Source of the DNA: Bacteroidota bacterium
GTDB lineage: Bacteria > Bacteroidota > Ignavibacteria > UBA10030 > UBA8401
Assembly (NCBI GenBank): GCA_021796275.1
Contig: JAJYOI010000001.1
Location: 6,803 to 70,802 of the forward strand
Direction of reading: 5' to 3'
DNA: 64,000 bases
Part shown: positions 49,198 to 58,345 of the stretch, piece by piece
Position numbering within the stretch: the first letter of the stretch is position 1
How the letters are laid out: the number at the start of each line of letters is the position of its first letter
Notes under the pieces: generated by a model
What the model saw: the letters and a program-made list of their open reading frames with translations, nothing else
Database searches by the model: none
What the model was told of the DNA's origin: nothing
Translations under genes and position numbers: made by a program

Positions 49198-49854
49198 TTA
49201 TGATGCGACCTTATCAAGTGGCATTCGCTTTACCTGCTGAAGGTCACTTCGAGATTGAAAATTCCTTTGGGATTGTAATTCTTTAAAATATGTCGGTGTA
49301 AAACCGGTAACATCCTTAAATTGACCGGACAAATGCTGCACGCTGCTGTAACCCATCCGATATGCAATTTCGCTAAGCGTTAGTTCGTCGTAAACAAGCA
49401 GCTCTTTTACCCGCTCGATTCTTTGTAGAATGATAAACTTTTCAATCGTTACGTTCTCGATGGAAGAAAAAAGCTTGCTCAAATAACTGTAATCGTGCCC
49501 GACTTGCTCCGCGATGTACTTCGAGAAATTCACATTCATCTCACCGTCACTATCCGAATGGTGGATGCGATTGATAATCAGTGTCTTGATTTTTTCAATA
49601 AGCTTCATTCGCTGATCATCAATCAATTCGAAACCGTTCTCATGCAAAACGCGCCGGACTTTTTCAAGATCAATCTTCTTTGAACCGTTCGCAACGATAG
49701 CTTCACCGAGCCGAATGCTTCGCACGTCAAGCCCAAGATTTGCCAATTCTTCGCGCACAACACGAATGCATCTATCGCACACCATATTTTTGATGTACAA
49801 AGCAGTTGTGGTTACCAGCCTTTGTTTTTTCAATTTTTTCATGGCGCTTTTCAA
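49198..49854 (-). CDS. AraC-family transcriptional regulator with an N-terminal HMA-like metal-binding domain. It is a putative copper-responsive regulator.
   Basis: N-terminus TALYIKNMVCDRCIRVVREELANLGLDV (MxCxxC with a beta-alpha-beta-beta-alpha-beta pattern). The C-terminal AraC HTH is ..LTLSEIAYRMGYSSVQHLSGQFKDVTGFTPTYF. Confidence 0.75.
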   Translation of the reverse strand: MKSAMKKLKKQRLVTTTALYIKNMVCDRCIRVVREELANLGLDVRSIRLGEAIVANGSKKIDLEKVRRVLHENGFELIDDQRMKLIEKIKTLIINRIHHSDSDGEMNVNFSKYIAEQVGHDYSYLSKLFSSIENVTIEKFIILQRIERVKELLVYDELTLSEIAYRMGYSSVQHLSGQFKDVTGFTPTYFKELQSQRNFQSRSDLQQVKRMPLDKVAS

Positions 49855-49911
49855 TGCGTGCTTTCAAAAAAGGTACAAGTACTGAAACCGAAAAACAAAT
49901 GCCTCCCTTCG

Positions 49912-49940
49912 TTGCTTCTCTTCATCATCTTTGGTAAATT
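49912..49940 (+). promoter_or_regulatory. Candidate sigma-70 promoter TTGCTT-N17-TAAATT upstream of the phosphohexomutase operon
   Basis: Hexamers at 49912-49917 and 49935-49940 with a spacer of 17 nt. The ATG at 49976 is about 30 nt downstream of the predicted TSS. Confidence 0.35.
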
Positions 49941-49975
49941 CTCTCACTCAGTTTTTTTTGAAAAGGGCTTTCTGT

Positions 49976-51340
49976 ATGTCTCTCATGGTCAGCATTTCAG
50001 GCATTCGCGGCGTTGTTGGCGAAAGTCTTACGCCGGAAACCATTGTTAAATATGTTGCGGCGTACGCCGAGTATTGCAATCGGGGAACAATCGTTGTCGG
50101 CAGAGACGGGCGCATTACCGGAAAATCTGTCGCCGATATTGTCACTTCAACATTGCTGCAAGCAGGGTGCAATGTAATTTTCATCGGCGTTTGTCCGACG
50201 CCAACAGTGCAGCTTGCGGTGGAACAACTTCACGCCGCCGGCGGAATTTCAATTACGGCAAGCCACAATCCGATGCAATGGAACGGCTTAAAATTTATGG
50301 CAACCACCGGCATGTTTCTTAACGCTGAAGAAAATAAAAAGTTCTGGGCAATTGCAGAACGGGGCAATTTCGGCTTTGCGGCATGGGATAAGCAGGGAAA
50401 ATTCGAAAACGATGCGACATGGATTGACCGCCATATCCAAAAAATTATCAGCCTGCCCTACATCAACCTCGAAGCTGTCCGCTCAAAGAAATTCAAAGTC
50501 GTTGTTGACTGCGATAATGCCGCGGGCTGTGTCATCGTTCCAAAACTGCTGCGCCAATTTGAATGCAGGATCATTCCGCTGAATTGTGAGCTGACCGGAA
50601 TTTTTTCTCACACACCGGAACCGATTCCTGAAAACCTCACACAACTCGCAGCAAAAGTTGTTGAAGAAAAAGCCGATCTCGGCATTGCTGTTGATCCGGA
50701 TGTAGACCGGCTTGTTCTGATCAACGAAAAGGGCGAACCGTTCGTCGAAGAATACACCATCGCTTCGGCAGTGAATTTCGTTCTGAAAAAAGAGATGGAA
50801 CTCGGAAAGAAAGACCAGCGCGTAGTTGTCAATCTTTCAACAACACGCGCGGTTGACGATATTGCTACAAAGTTCGGCGCATCGGTTGCTCGAACGCCAG
50901 TCGGCGAAATCAATGTCGCTGCAAAGATGAAAGAAATCGGCGCTGTAGTTGGCGGCGAAGGAAGCGGAGGCGTAATTCTCCGCGAAGTCCATTTGGGAAG
51001 GGATGCTATGGTCGGCATCGGATTGTTTCTCCAATTCCTTACCGAATTCGGCGGGAAAACATCAGAACTGAAAGCGAGCCTGCCTCAATACACGATTGTG
51101 AAGAATAAAATTGAACTTGGGACACTTCAGCCTGATATAATTCTGAAAAAACTGAACGAAAAATATTCCCGTACTGAAAAAGCGAATTCTGACGACGGCT
51201 TGAAAATTGATTTCGCATCATCGTGGGTGCATTTGCGAAAATCAAACACCGAGCCGATCATTCGCATCATTGCAGAAGCAAAAACCCGCGACGAAGCCTC
51301 CTCGCTTGTTGAACGATTCAAGAAAGAAATTCTGGCATGA
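49976..51340 (+). CDS. Alpha-D-phosphohexomutase (phosphoglucosamine-mutase / phosphomannomutase-like)
   Basis: Active-site loop ITASHNPMQWNGLKF (phospho-Ser). Metal-binding DPDVDR. Start at MSLMVSISGIRGVVG (ATG 49976). The ORF-track start is an upstream TTG. Confidence 0.8.
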   Translation: MSLMVSISGIRGVVGESLTPETIVKYVAAYAEYCNRGTIVVGRDGRITGKSVADIVTSTLLQAGCNVIFIGVCPTPTVQLAVEQLHAAGGISITASHNPMQWNGLKFMATTGMFLNAEENKKFWAIAERGNFGFAAWDKQGKFENDATWIDRHIQKIISLPYINLEAVRSKKFKVVVDCDNAAGCVIVPKLLRQFECRIIPLNCELTGIFSHTPEPIPENLTQLAAKVVEEKADLGIAVDPDVDRLVLINEKGEPFVEEYTIASAVNFVLKKEMELGKKDQRVVVNLSTTRAVDDIATKFGASVARTPVGEINVAAKMKEIGAVVGGEGSGGVILREVHLGRDAMVGIGLFLQFLTEFGGKTSELKASLPQYTIVKNKIELGTLQPDIILKKLNEKYSRTEKANSDDGLKIDFASSWVHLRKSNTEPIIRIIAEAKTRDEASSLVERFKKEILA

Positions 51341-52656
51341 GTAAAATTCAAACAAAAAGTTTCGCTGTCACACTTTCAATATTCCTCATCCTGTTTTTTT
51401 CTTCAGCTATATCGTCCGTTAAGCCGAAGCTGCTTTGGTTTGATGCCACGGCGAATTTCGAACGGCTGAGCTATCCGGATTCCATCCGTTATTATTTGCA
51501 GAAAGCGCATTCTCTTGGCTTTACAGATGCAGTAGTTGATGTAAAACCGATTACCGGCGAAGTGCTCTACCGGAGTGTTGTCGCGCCGCAAATGAAAGAA
51601 TGGAACGGTTTCGCGCGACCCGATACTTTTGATTTTCTTTCAACATTCATTACAGAAGCGCATAAGCAAAAGATGCGCGTTCACGCCTCGCTCAACATTT
51701 TTTCCGGAGGACATAACTATATCGACCGCGGAATCGTTTATACCTCTCACCCCGAATGGGCATCCATCGTCTATACCGATTCCGGAACATTTCCAATCAC
51801 AAAAGTAAAGGCAAAATATTCGGCAATGCTCAATCCGGCAAATCCCGAAATCCAAAATTACGAAATCGAAATTCTCAAAGAACTTGTTTCAAAATATCCA
51901 CACCTCAATGGCATCATTCTTGACCGCGTCCGTTACGACGGAATTTGTGCCGACTTCAGCCCGCTTTCGCGCTCACTTTTCGAACACTCTCTTGAGAAAA
52001 AGATCGAACATTTCCCCGAAGATATTTTTTCATGGAAAAAAGATTCCGCAGGCAATACGTATCGTGCCGACGGAAGATATTTCAAACAATGGTTGGAATG
52101 GCGTGCACGCGTTATTACAGGATTTATGAAGAAAGCGCGCGCCGCGGTCAAGAACATCAATCCGAAAATTTCCTTTGGCGACTATACCGGATCTTGGTAT
52201 CCGATTTATTATGAAGTTGGTGTAAACTGGGCGAGCAAAAAGTATGACCCGTCAAAAAAATATTCATGGGCAACACCGACATATAAAAACACCGGCTACG
52301 CAGAATTGCTTGACCTTTTCTCTTCCGGAAATTATTATTTTGAAGTGACAAAAAAAGAAGTGCTTTCAAAAAACGAAACCGGCACAACAGAATCCGGGCG
52401 CGTTGGCAAAAAAGAATATTGGTACAGTGTCGAAGGCGCATGTGAAATTACAAAAGAAGTGCTGAAGAATGCGGTTCCGGTGTACGGCGGATTATATGTT
52501 GACCAGTACAACGGACACCCTGAGCAATTTGAAAAAGCTATTGCTATGTGTTTAAAAAAATCCGACGGGCTGATGATTTTTGATATTGTGCATATTATCA
52601 ACAATCATTGGTGGGATGTGCTGCAACGTGGGATTCAAATGGGAGAATCGAAATGA
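51337..52656 (+). CDS. Secreted GHL10/DUF187-family glycoside-hydrolase-like protein (YddW/YngK-like)
   Basis: Signal peptide. LLWFDAT...GFTDAVVDVKP...EAHKQKMRVHASLN...HPEW...LNPANPEIQNY...GIILDRVRY matches the GHL10 TIM-barrel-like pattern. ATGA start/stop overlap with the upstream gene. Confidence 0.6.
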   Translation: MSKIQTKSFAVTLSIFLILFFSSAISSVKPKLLWFDATANFERLSYPDSIRYYLQKAHSLGFTDAVVDVKPITGEVLYRSVVAPQMKEWNGFARPDTFDFLSTFITEAHKQKMRVHASLNIFSGGHNYIDRGIVYTSHPEWASIVYTDSGTFPITKVKAKYSAMLNPANPEIQNYEIEILKELVSKYPHLNGIILDRVRYDGICADFSPLSRSLFEHSLEKKIEHFPEDIFSWKKDSAGNTYRADGRYFKQWLEWRARVITGFMKKARAAVKNINPKISFGDYTGSWYPIYYEVGVNWASKKYDPSKKYSWATPTYKNTGYAELLDLFSSGNYYFEVTKKEVLSKNETGTTESGRVGKKEYWYSVEGACEITKEVLKNAVPVYGGLYVDQYNGHPEQFEKAIAMCLKKSDGLMIFDIVHIINNHWWDVLQRGIQMGESK

Positions 52657-52931
52657 GGCTCTGCAAAGTTACAGGAACAATCGTTTCAACTCAAAAAAAT
52701 GAAACGCTCAGGCAGTACAAGATTCTCATTGTTCAGCCAATTGATTTGCAGGGAAATTTCATTGAGAGGGATGTGCTGGCAATTGATACGGTTGATGCCG
52801 GCATCGGCGATACAGTGCTTATCATCCAAGAAGGCGCCGGCGCGCAGCAAGCGCTGAAACGGAAAGATGTTCCGGTTCACACTGTGGTTGTTGCGGTGGT
52901 CGATGGGCTTGACATTGCGGGGAACAAGTAA
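52653..52931 (+). CDS. EutN/CcmL/PduN-family protein (bacterial microcompartment vertex pentamer homolog). It is an orphan.
   Basis: MRLCKVTGTIVSTQKNETLRQYKILIVQPIDLQGN...VLAIDTVDAGIGDTVLIIQEGAGAQQAL...VHTVVVAVVDGLDI aligns along its length with CcmL/EutN (KV.GTVVSTQK..L.G.KLL.V...D..G.......A.D..GAG.G..VL...GS.AR.A). 92 aa. The ATG overlaps the upstream TGA (ATGA). Confidence 0.7.
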   Translation: MRLCKVTGTIVSTQKNETLRQYKILIVQPIDLQGNFIERDVLAIDTVDAGIGDTVLIIQEGAGAQQALKRKDVPVHTVVVAVVDGLDIAGNK

Positions 52932-52934
52932 GAG

Positions 52935-54047
52935 ATGCCGAAAAAAGAAATTAACATTCACGACCTTCTTCGCCTTGCAATGATTCCGGGCATAGGTGCA
53001 AATCGTCTTCGTGCGCTTGTCAGTCATTTTGGCTCGCCGACGGAAGTTTTGCACGCATCACCGCGTGAGCTTGTACATGTCGAAGGCATAGAAAAGAAGC
53101 TCGCTTCAGCGATTGCACATTATCCGACAAGCAGTGAAGCCGCAGATCGCCAATTATCGCTTCTCAATAAAGTCAACGGACATATCATCACATTGTGGGA
53201 TGATGAATATCCGGAATATCTCCGACGCATTTACGACCCGCCGCCGATTCTTTTTGCTCGCGGCAGACTTCTTCCTGCCGACAAATTTTCCATTGCGGTT
53301 GTTGGTACACGCCGGCCGACGGCGTACGGAAAACTTATTGCAGAACGATTCGCTCGTGAACTTGCTGAACAAGGATTAACTATCATCAGCGGATTAGCGC
53401 GCGGCATAGATACAATTGCGCATCACGCAACACTTAAATCTGGCAGAAGAACAATCGCCGTAATCGGTTCAAGCATCGATATTATTTATCCGCCTGAGAA
53501 CAAGAAGCTGGTTGAAATGATTGAGGCGAATGAAAACGGCGCCGTTGTTTCGGAATTTTTCATGGATACAAAGCCCGATCCCGGAAATTTCCCGCGCCGC
53601 AATCGCATTATCAGCGGGATGTCCCTTGGTACATTGATCGTTGAAACTGCCGAAAACGGCGGCGCAATGATCACTGCATCAACCGCGCTTGACCAAAACC
53701 GGGAATTATTTTGCATCCCGGGCAACATCACAGAGAAATACAGCGCCGGTACAAACAGGCTTATCCGCGATGGACATGCAAAGCTTGTCCAGAATGTCGA
53801 AGACATTCTTTCGGAACTCGAATCGGTGCTGCGCCCGATTCTCAAAACGACAGCACCAAAACAAGTAGCTCAGTTGACTGCTTTCGAGCAAAAAATTATT
53901 GACACCCTCACCTCTGACCCTGTACACATTGATACGATTGCAGAACGCTCGAATTTTTCGACCTCCGACGCGTTGGTTAATCTTCTGAGCTTGGAATTTA
54001 AAGGCATTGTCAAACAGCTTCCGGGAAAAATGTTTGTGAGAATGTAA
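52935..54047 (+). CDS. dprA: DNA-processing protein DprA (Smf)
   Basis: N-terminal SAM/HhH region, then the Rossmann-like DprA domain GLARGIDTIAHHATL...TIAVIGSSIDIIYPPEN. A C-terminal winged-helix-like tail. Confidence 0.85.
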   Translation: MPKKEINIHDLLRLAMIPGIGANRLRALVSHFGSPTEVLHASPRELVHVEGIEKKLASAIAHYPTSSEAADRQLSLLNKVNGHIITLWDDEYPEYLRRIYDPPPILFARGRLLPADKFSIAVVGTRRPTAYGKLIAERFARELAEQGLTIISGLARGIDTIAHHATLKSGRRTIAVIGSSIDIIYPPENKKLVEMIEANENGAVVSEFFMDTKPDPGNFPRRNRIISGMSLGTLIVETAENGGAMITASTALDQNRELFCIPGNITEKYSAGTNRLIRDGHAKLVQNVEDILSELESVLRPILKTTAPKQVAQLTAFEQKIIDTLTSDPVHIDTIAERSNFSTSDALVNLLSLEFKGIVKQLPGKMFVRM

Positions 54048-54111
54048 GCCGCCTTTCTTCTCATCTTTTCTTCATTACTATTGCCGCTCTTTTCTTTGTC
54101 GCCTTGTGCCT

Positions 54112-54139
54112 GCCTGTCCGGTAGACAGGCGCCATTTTT
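54112..54139 (+). terminator. Rho-independent terminator after dprA (gcctgtc-cggta-gacaggc then GCCATTTTT)
   Basis: 7-bp GC-rich stem, 5-nt loop and T5 run. Confidence 0.6.
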
Positions 54140-54190
54140 AATTTGACCAAAAATGCGTATCTTATTGGAAATTTCGTTGTGATTCTCACG

Positions 54191-54760
54191 ATGACAGCCA
54201 ATAAAATTCAGATAGAACGGAGCGACGCAGAGATCAAATTTGCGTGCGATCTCGCACAATGCAAGGGTGCCTGCTGCACAATGAAAGGTGCGCGCGGCGC
54301 GCCGCTTTCCGACAATGAAGTTGATGAAATCTATAAAGCGTTTCCCGTCGTGAAACGGTATCTTCCAAAAAAACATCTTTCTGTCATTAAGAAGTATGGT
54401 ATGATTGAAGGCGGCAACAGTAATTTTGCAACACAATGTGTTGACGGGCAAGCGTGTGTTTTTGTTTATTATGAAAACGGGATTGCAAAGTGCTCGTTCG
54501 AGAAAGCTTTTCTCAACGGTGAAATCAATTGGCGAAAACCGCTCTCATGCCACCTCTTCCCGTTCAGGCAAAGTTACAACGGCAAGCGAGGATTATTCTT
54601 TGAATATATCAGAGAATGCGAACCGGCGTTAAAACGCGGGACACGGGAAGAAATTCCGGTCTATAAATTTTTGAAGGACGCTCTCGTACGTGCGTATAGT
54701 GAAAAATCTTATGATGAATTTTCCACGGAATATGAGCGCGGCAATGACAAGAGCAAATGA
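54191..54760 (+). CDS. Cysteine-rich hypothetical protein with a possible Fe-S/Zn-chelating CxxxxCxxxCC cluster
   Basis: FACDLAQCKGACCTMKG N-terminal Cys cluster, plus CVDGQACVF and CSFEKAF. Start taken at ATG 54191. The ORF-track start at 54143 is a TTG inside the terminator. Confidence 0.4.
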   Translation: MTANKIQIERSDAEIKFACDLAQCKGACCTMKGARGAPLSDNEVDEIYKAFPVVKRYLPKKHLSVIKKYGMIEGGNSNFATQCVDGQACVFVYYENGIAKCSFEKAFLNGEINWRKPLSCHLFPFRQSYNGKRGLFFEYIRECEPALKRGTREEIPVYKFLKDALVRAYSEKSYDEFSTEYERGNDKSK

Positions 54761-54784
54761 GAAGATTCTGATGCGGTTGAATGT

Positions 54785-56239
54785 ATGATTCATATTTCGC
54801 AACAACAACGATTACTCCAGAAACTTACCCCGCAACAAATTCAATATCTCAAGCTTTTGCAGCTTCCGACGCTGGCGCTTGAACAGCGCATCAAAACCGA
54901 GCTTGAGCAAAATCCGCTGCTTGAAGAAAGCGAAGAATCTGAAGAAGAAACTGAACTTGCAGAAGATGAGGAGAACCAAACTGATGCGCCCACTGACGGC
55001 GTAGCTGAAAAGGAAAAATCAGAAGAGAAAAAAGATGATGAGTTTTCGTTCGAAGATTTTCTGAATGACGAGGCGTCGTTTTCGTACAAGGGCGAACGCC
55101 GCGATGATGAAGAGCGCGACGAAATGCCTATCGCTGCAACCGAAGCTCTGACAAAAAAACTCCTCGATCAACTCCAACTTGCCGACCTCACAGACACTGG
55201 AATGCTGGTGGCAGAGGAAATCATCGGCAACATAGATGAAGACGGTTACCTGCGGAGAGACTTGAATCTTATTGTGCAGGACATCAATCTTACGCATAAA
55301 ATGCAATTGACGGTCGCTCAAGCCGAGGAAGTTTTACGACGTGTTCAGAGACTCGACCCTGTGGGCGTCGGCGCACGAACATTGCAAGAGTGTTTGCTCG
55401 TTCAGCTTGAGACCCTGGTTTGTGATCCGCACATCAAGCAGATTGCCCGCGACATTATCGAAAAATATTTCGATGATTTCACAAAAAAGCATTACGAGCA
55501 ATTGGCGAAACAAATAAATGTTTCACTCGATGAAATCAGACAAGCCCTGGATGCTATTGCGAAACTCAATCCCAAACCCGGCGAAGGAGAAATTACTACT
55601 CAGGAAAACTATATCACGGTTGATTTTATTGTCACAGAAGAAGACGGCGATTTCATCATTCAATTAAACGACAGGCATGTCCCTCCTCTTCGCATCAATA
55701 AGCGTTACCGTGAGATGATGTCGCGCCGGAAAGTTGCCGGCGTCAATCCGGAAACGAAACAATTTTTACGGCAAAAATTCGAGGCGGCAAAATGGTTCAT
55801 TGCTTCCATCCACCAGCGCCGCGAAACGATGATGAAAGTGATGCGCGCCATTGTTGAAAAGCAAAAACAGTTCTTTGAAACCGGCGAAGGCTTAAAGCCG
55901 ATGATCTACAAAGACATTGCCGAAATAATCAAGATGGACATTTCGACCATCAGCCGCGTTGTCAACGGTAAATATGTTCAAACCGATTACGGCGTGCACG
56001 AACTTCGCTATTTTTTCAGCGAAGGCATCAGCACACAAGGCGGCGAGGATGTTTCAAACAAGGAAGTGAAGCAGAAAATCAGAGAAATTGTCGAAGCGGA
56101 AGATCCGCACAAGCCCTTGAGCGACGACCGCATCGCAGAAATCCTGAACGGACAAGGTTTTAATATTGCACGCCGCACCGTTGCAAAATATCGTGAATCA
56201 ATGATGGTCCCCGTAGCACGGCTGCGGAGAAAAATCTAA
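54785..56239 (+). CDS. rpoN: RNA polymerase sigma-54 factor
   Basis: Gln-rich region I, acidic region II, and a C-terminal RpoN box [10 protein letters not shown] with the HTH upstream. Confidence 0.95.
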   Translation: MIHISQQQRLLQKLTPQQIQYLKLLQLPTLALEQRIKTELEQNPLLEESEESEEETELAEDEENQTDAPTDGVAEKEKSEEKKDDEFSFEDFLNDEASFSYKGERRDDEERDEMPIAATEALTKKLLDQLQLADLTDTGMLVAEEIIGNIDEDGYLRRDLNLIVQDINLTHKMQLTVAQAEEVLRRVQRLDPVGVGARTLQECLLVQLETLVCDPHIKQIARDIIEKYFDDFTKKHYEQLAKQINVSLDEIRQALDAIAKLNPKPGEGEITTQENYITVDFIVTEEDGDFIIQLNDRHVPPLRINKRYREMMSRRKVAGVNPETKQFLRQKFEAAKWFIASIHQRRETMMKVMRAIVEKQKQFFETGEGLKPMIYKDIAEIIKMDISTISRVVNGKYVQTDYGVHELRYFFSEGISTQGGEDVSNKEVKQKIREIVEAEDPHKPLSDDRIAEILNGQGFNIARRTVAKYRESMMVPVARLRRKI

Positions 56240-56282
56240 TCTTTGCTGTCTATTCAGATATCTACTCAAAGGAATTTCCACT

Positions 56283-56819
56283 ATGGAACAAATTCGTGCA
56301 ACGACGATCATCGGACTTGTCCGCGACGGCAAGGTAGCGATGGGAAGTGACGGACAAGTCACGCTCGGCAATGTTGTGATGAAGCAAAATTCCAAAAAAG
56401 TCCGCGCGTTGTACAACAACGCAGTGCTTGTTGGTTTCGCCGGCGCTTCAGCCGATGCATTTACCTTAATGGAGCGATTCGAAGAAAAACTTCAGCAGTA
56501 CCGCGGCAATGTAGAGCGGGCAGCTGTTGAGCTGGCAAAAGACTGGCGCACCGACAAATATCTACGCAGACTTGAAGCGATGTTAGGTGCGATCAGCAAA
56601 GAGCACGCGTTTGTCATTTCTGGAACAGGCGACGTTATCGCTCCAGATGACGGAATCATTGCCATCGGTTCCGGCGGCAGCTATGCACTTGCAGCGGCAC
56701 GCATGCTTCTCAAATTCACAAAATTATCCGCGAAAGAAATCGTGGACGAATCGTTGAACGTTGCCGGCGATATTTGTATCTACACCAACAAACAAATCAC
56801 AATTGAAGAATTGCCATAA
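56283..56819 (+). CDS. hslV: ATP-dependent protease subunit HslV
   Basis: N-terminal catalytic Thr context [30 protein letters not shown]. 178 aa. Confidence 0.95.
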   Translation: MEQIRATTIIGLVRDGKVAMGSDGQVTLGNVVMKQNSKKVRALYNNAVLVGFAGASADAFTLMERFEEKLQQYRGNVERAAVELAKDWRTDKYLRRLEAMLGAISKEHAFVISGTGDVIAPDDGIIAIGSGGSYALAAARMLLKFTKLSAKEIVDESLNVAGDICIYTNKQITIEELP

Positions 56820-58273
56820 TGACAAAATCAGAATCACTGGAACGAAAAACTGAGCGCGGCGCCAAAAGCGACAAAAACTCGCGCGCCGCCCGCACAATAC
56901 ATGAAGGTGTGCGGGAATTAACCCCGCGGGAAATTGTCAAAGAACTTGATAAATATATTATCGGACAGCATGAAGCAAAGAAAGCTGTTGCAATCGCTTT
57001 GCGAAACCGGTGGCGCCGCCAGCAAGTCATAGGCCTGCTTCGTGAAGAAATTATGCCTAACAATATTATTCTCATTGGACCAACCGGCGTCGGTAAAACG
57101 GAAATTGCCCGTCGCCTTGCAAAATTGTCCAACGCACCGTTCATCAAAGTTGAAGCATCGAAATTTACAGAAGTCGGCTACGTGGGCCGCGATGTCGAGT
57201 CGATGATTCGTGATCTTATGGAAACTGCTGTTGTGATGGTGCGAAATGAAAAGACCGCTGAAGTTCAGGAGAAAGCGCGCAATCACGCACTTGAACGCGT
57301 CCTCGATATTCTCATCCCGCCAGTTCGCCGCACGCCTGTCAATGATTCGATGACAACCACCGCCGACACAAACGATGCAGAGCTCAATGAAAAAACGAGA
57401 GAGCGATTTCGGGAAAAAATTGCCGCCGGTGAATTGGACAATCGTATTATTGAAATTGATGTGCCGACCGATCAATTCCCGGCAATGCAGGTCTTCGGGC
57501 CCATGAATCTTGAGGACATGGGGGTGAATATTCAAGACATGCTGAGCAATATCATGCCGAAGAAAATGAAGAAGCGCAAACTGCCGGTGGAAGAAGCGCT
57601 GCAACTTTTGACCCAAGAAGAAGCTCAAAAAATGATTGATCAGGATGCGGTTGTCAAAGAAGCGATCCGCCGTGTAGAAAATTCCGGCATTGTTTTCCTT
57701 GATGAGATTGACAAAATTGCTGGCACGCGGGGTGCTGTTGGAGGTCCCGATGTTTCACGCGAAGGTGTTCAGCGTGATCTTCTCCCGATTGTCGAAGGCT
57801 CCTCTGTCGCAACAAAATACGGCACGGTAAAAACAGATTATATTCTCTTTATTGCATCCGGTGCATTTCACGTTTCAAAACCGTCCGATCTTATTCCTGA
57901 ACTGCAAGGACGTTTTCCGATTCGCGTCGAGCTGAAAAGTTTGAGCGAAGATGATTTTGTAAAGATTCTCACAATCCCACAAAATGCTCTTATTAAATTA
58001 TACATCGCTCTGCTCAAGTCCGACGGAATCAGTATAGAATTTTCAGACGACGCGATTCGCACGATTGCGCGGACCGCTGCCGAAGTCAATGAACAGGTCG
58101 AAAATATCGGTGCGCGCAGACTTCACACCATCATGAATTCGCTCCTCGATGAAGTCCTGTTTGATGCACCGGATAACATTTCTCAAACTCGTGTGTCTGT
58201 TACGAAAGAAATGGTTGAGACAAAGCTCGAGACGATTGTAAAGAACCGCGACCTGAGCAAATACATTCTCTAA
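56819..58273 (+). CDS. hslU: ATP-dependent protease ATPase subunit HslU
   Basis: Walker [18 protein letters not shown], an I-domain insertion, sensor motifs. TAATG overlap with hslV. Confidence 0.95.
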   Translation: MTKSESLERKTERGAKSDKNSRAARTIHEGVRELTPREIVKELDKYIIGQHEAKKAVAIALRNRWRRQQVIGLLREEIMPNNIILIGPTGVGKTEIARRLAKLSNAPFIKVEASKFTEVGYVGRDVESMIRDLMETAVVMVRNEKTAEVQEKARNHALERVLDILIPPVRRTPVNDSMTTTADTNDAELNEKTRERFREKIAAGELDNRIIEIDVPTDQFPAMQVFGPMNLEDMGVNIQDMLSNIMPKKMKKRKLPVEEALQLLTQEEAQKMIDQDAVVKEAIRRVENSGIVFLDEIDKIAGTRGAVGGPDVSREGVQRDLLPIVEGSSVATKYGTVKTDYILFIASGAFHVSKPSDLIPELQGRFPIRVELKSLSEDDFVKILTIPQNALIKLYIALLKSDGISIEFSDDAIRTIARTAAEVNEQVENIGARRLHTIMNSLLDEVLFDAPDNISQTRVSVTKEMVETKLETIVKNRDLSKYIL

Positions 58274-58280
58274 TACGAAC

Positions 58281-58312
58281 GAAAACAATAAAAAAGCCGC
58301 GCTAACAGCGCG
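58281..58312. terminator. Bidirectional rho-independent terminator (gccgcgct-aaca-gcgcggc flanked by an A6 and a T6 run) shared by hslU (+) and the FadL-like gene (-)
   Basis: Perfect 7-8-bp GC stem with poly-A upstream and poly-T downstream. Confidence 0.7.
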
Positions 58313-58345
58313 GCTTTTTTATTGTACAATGCTTTTCTCGCGCAG

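Noticed and set aside
54841-55089. Low-complexity acidic stretch ([23 protein letters not shown]...)
   Set aside because: This is the normal acidic region II of sigma-54. It is not a repeat element or a separate ORF.
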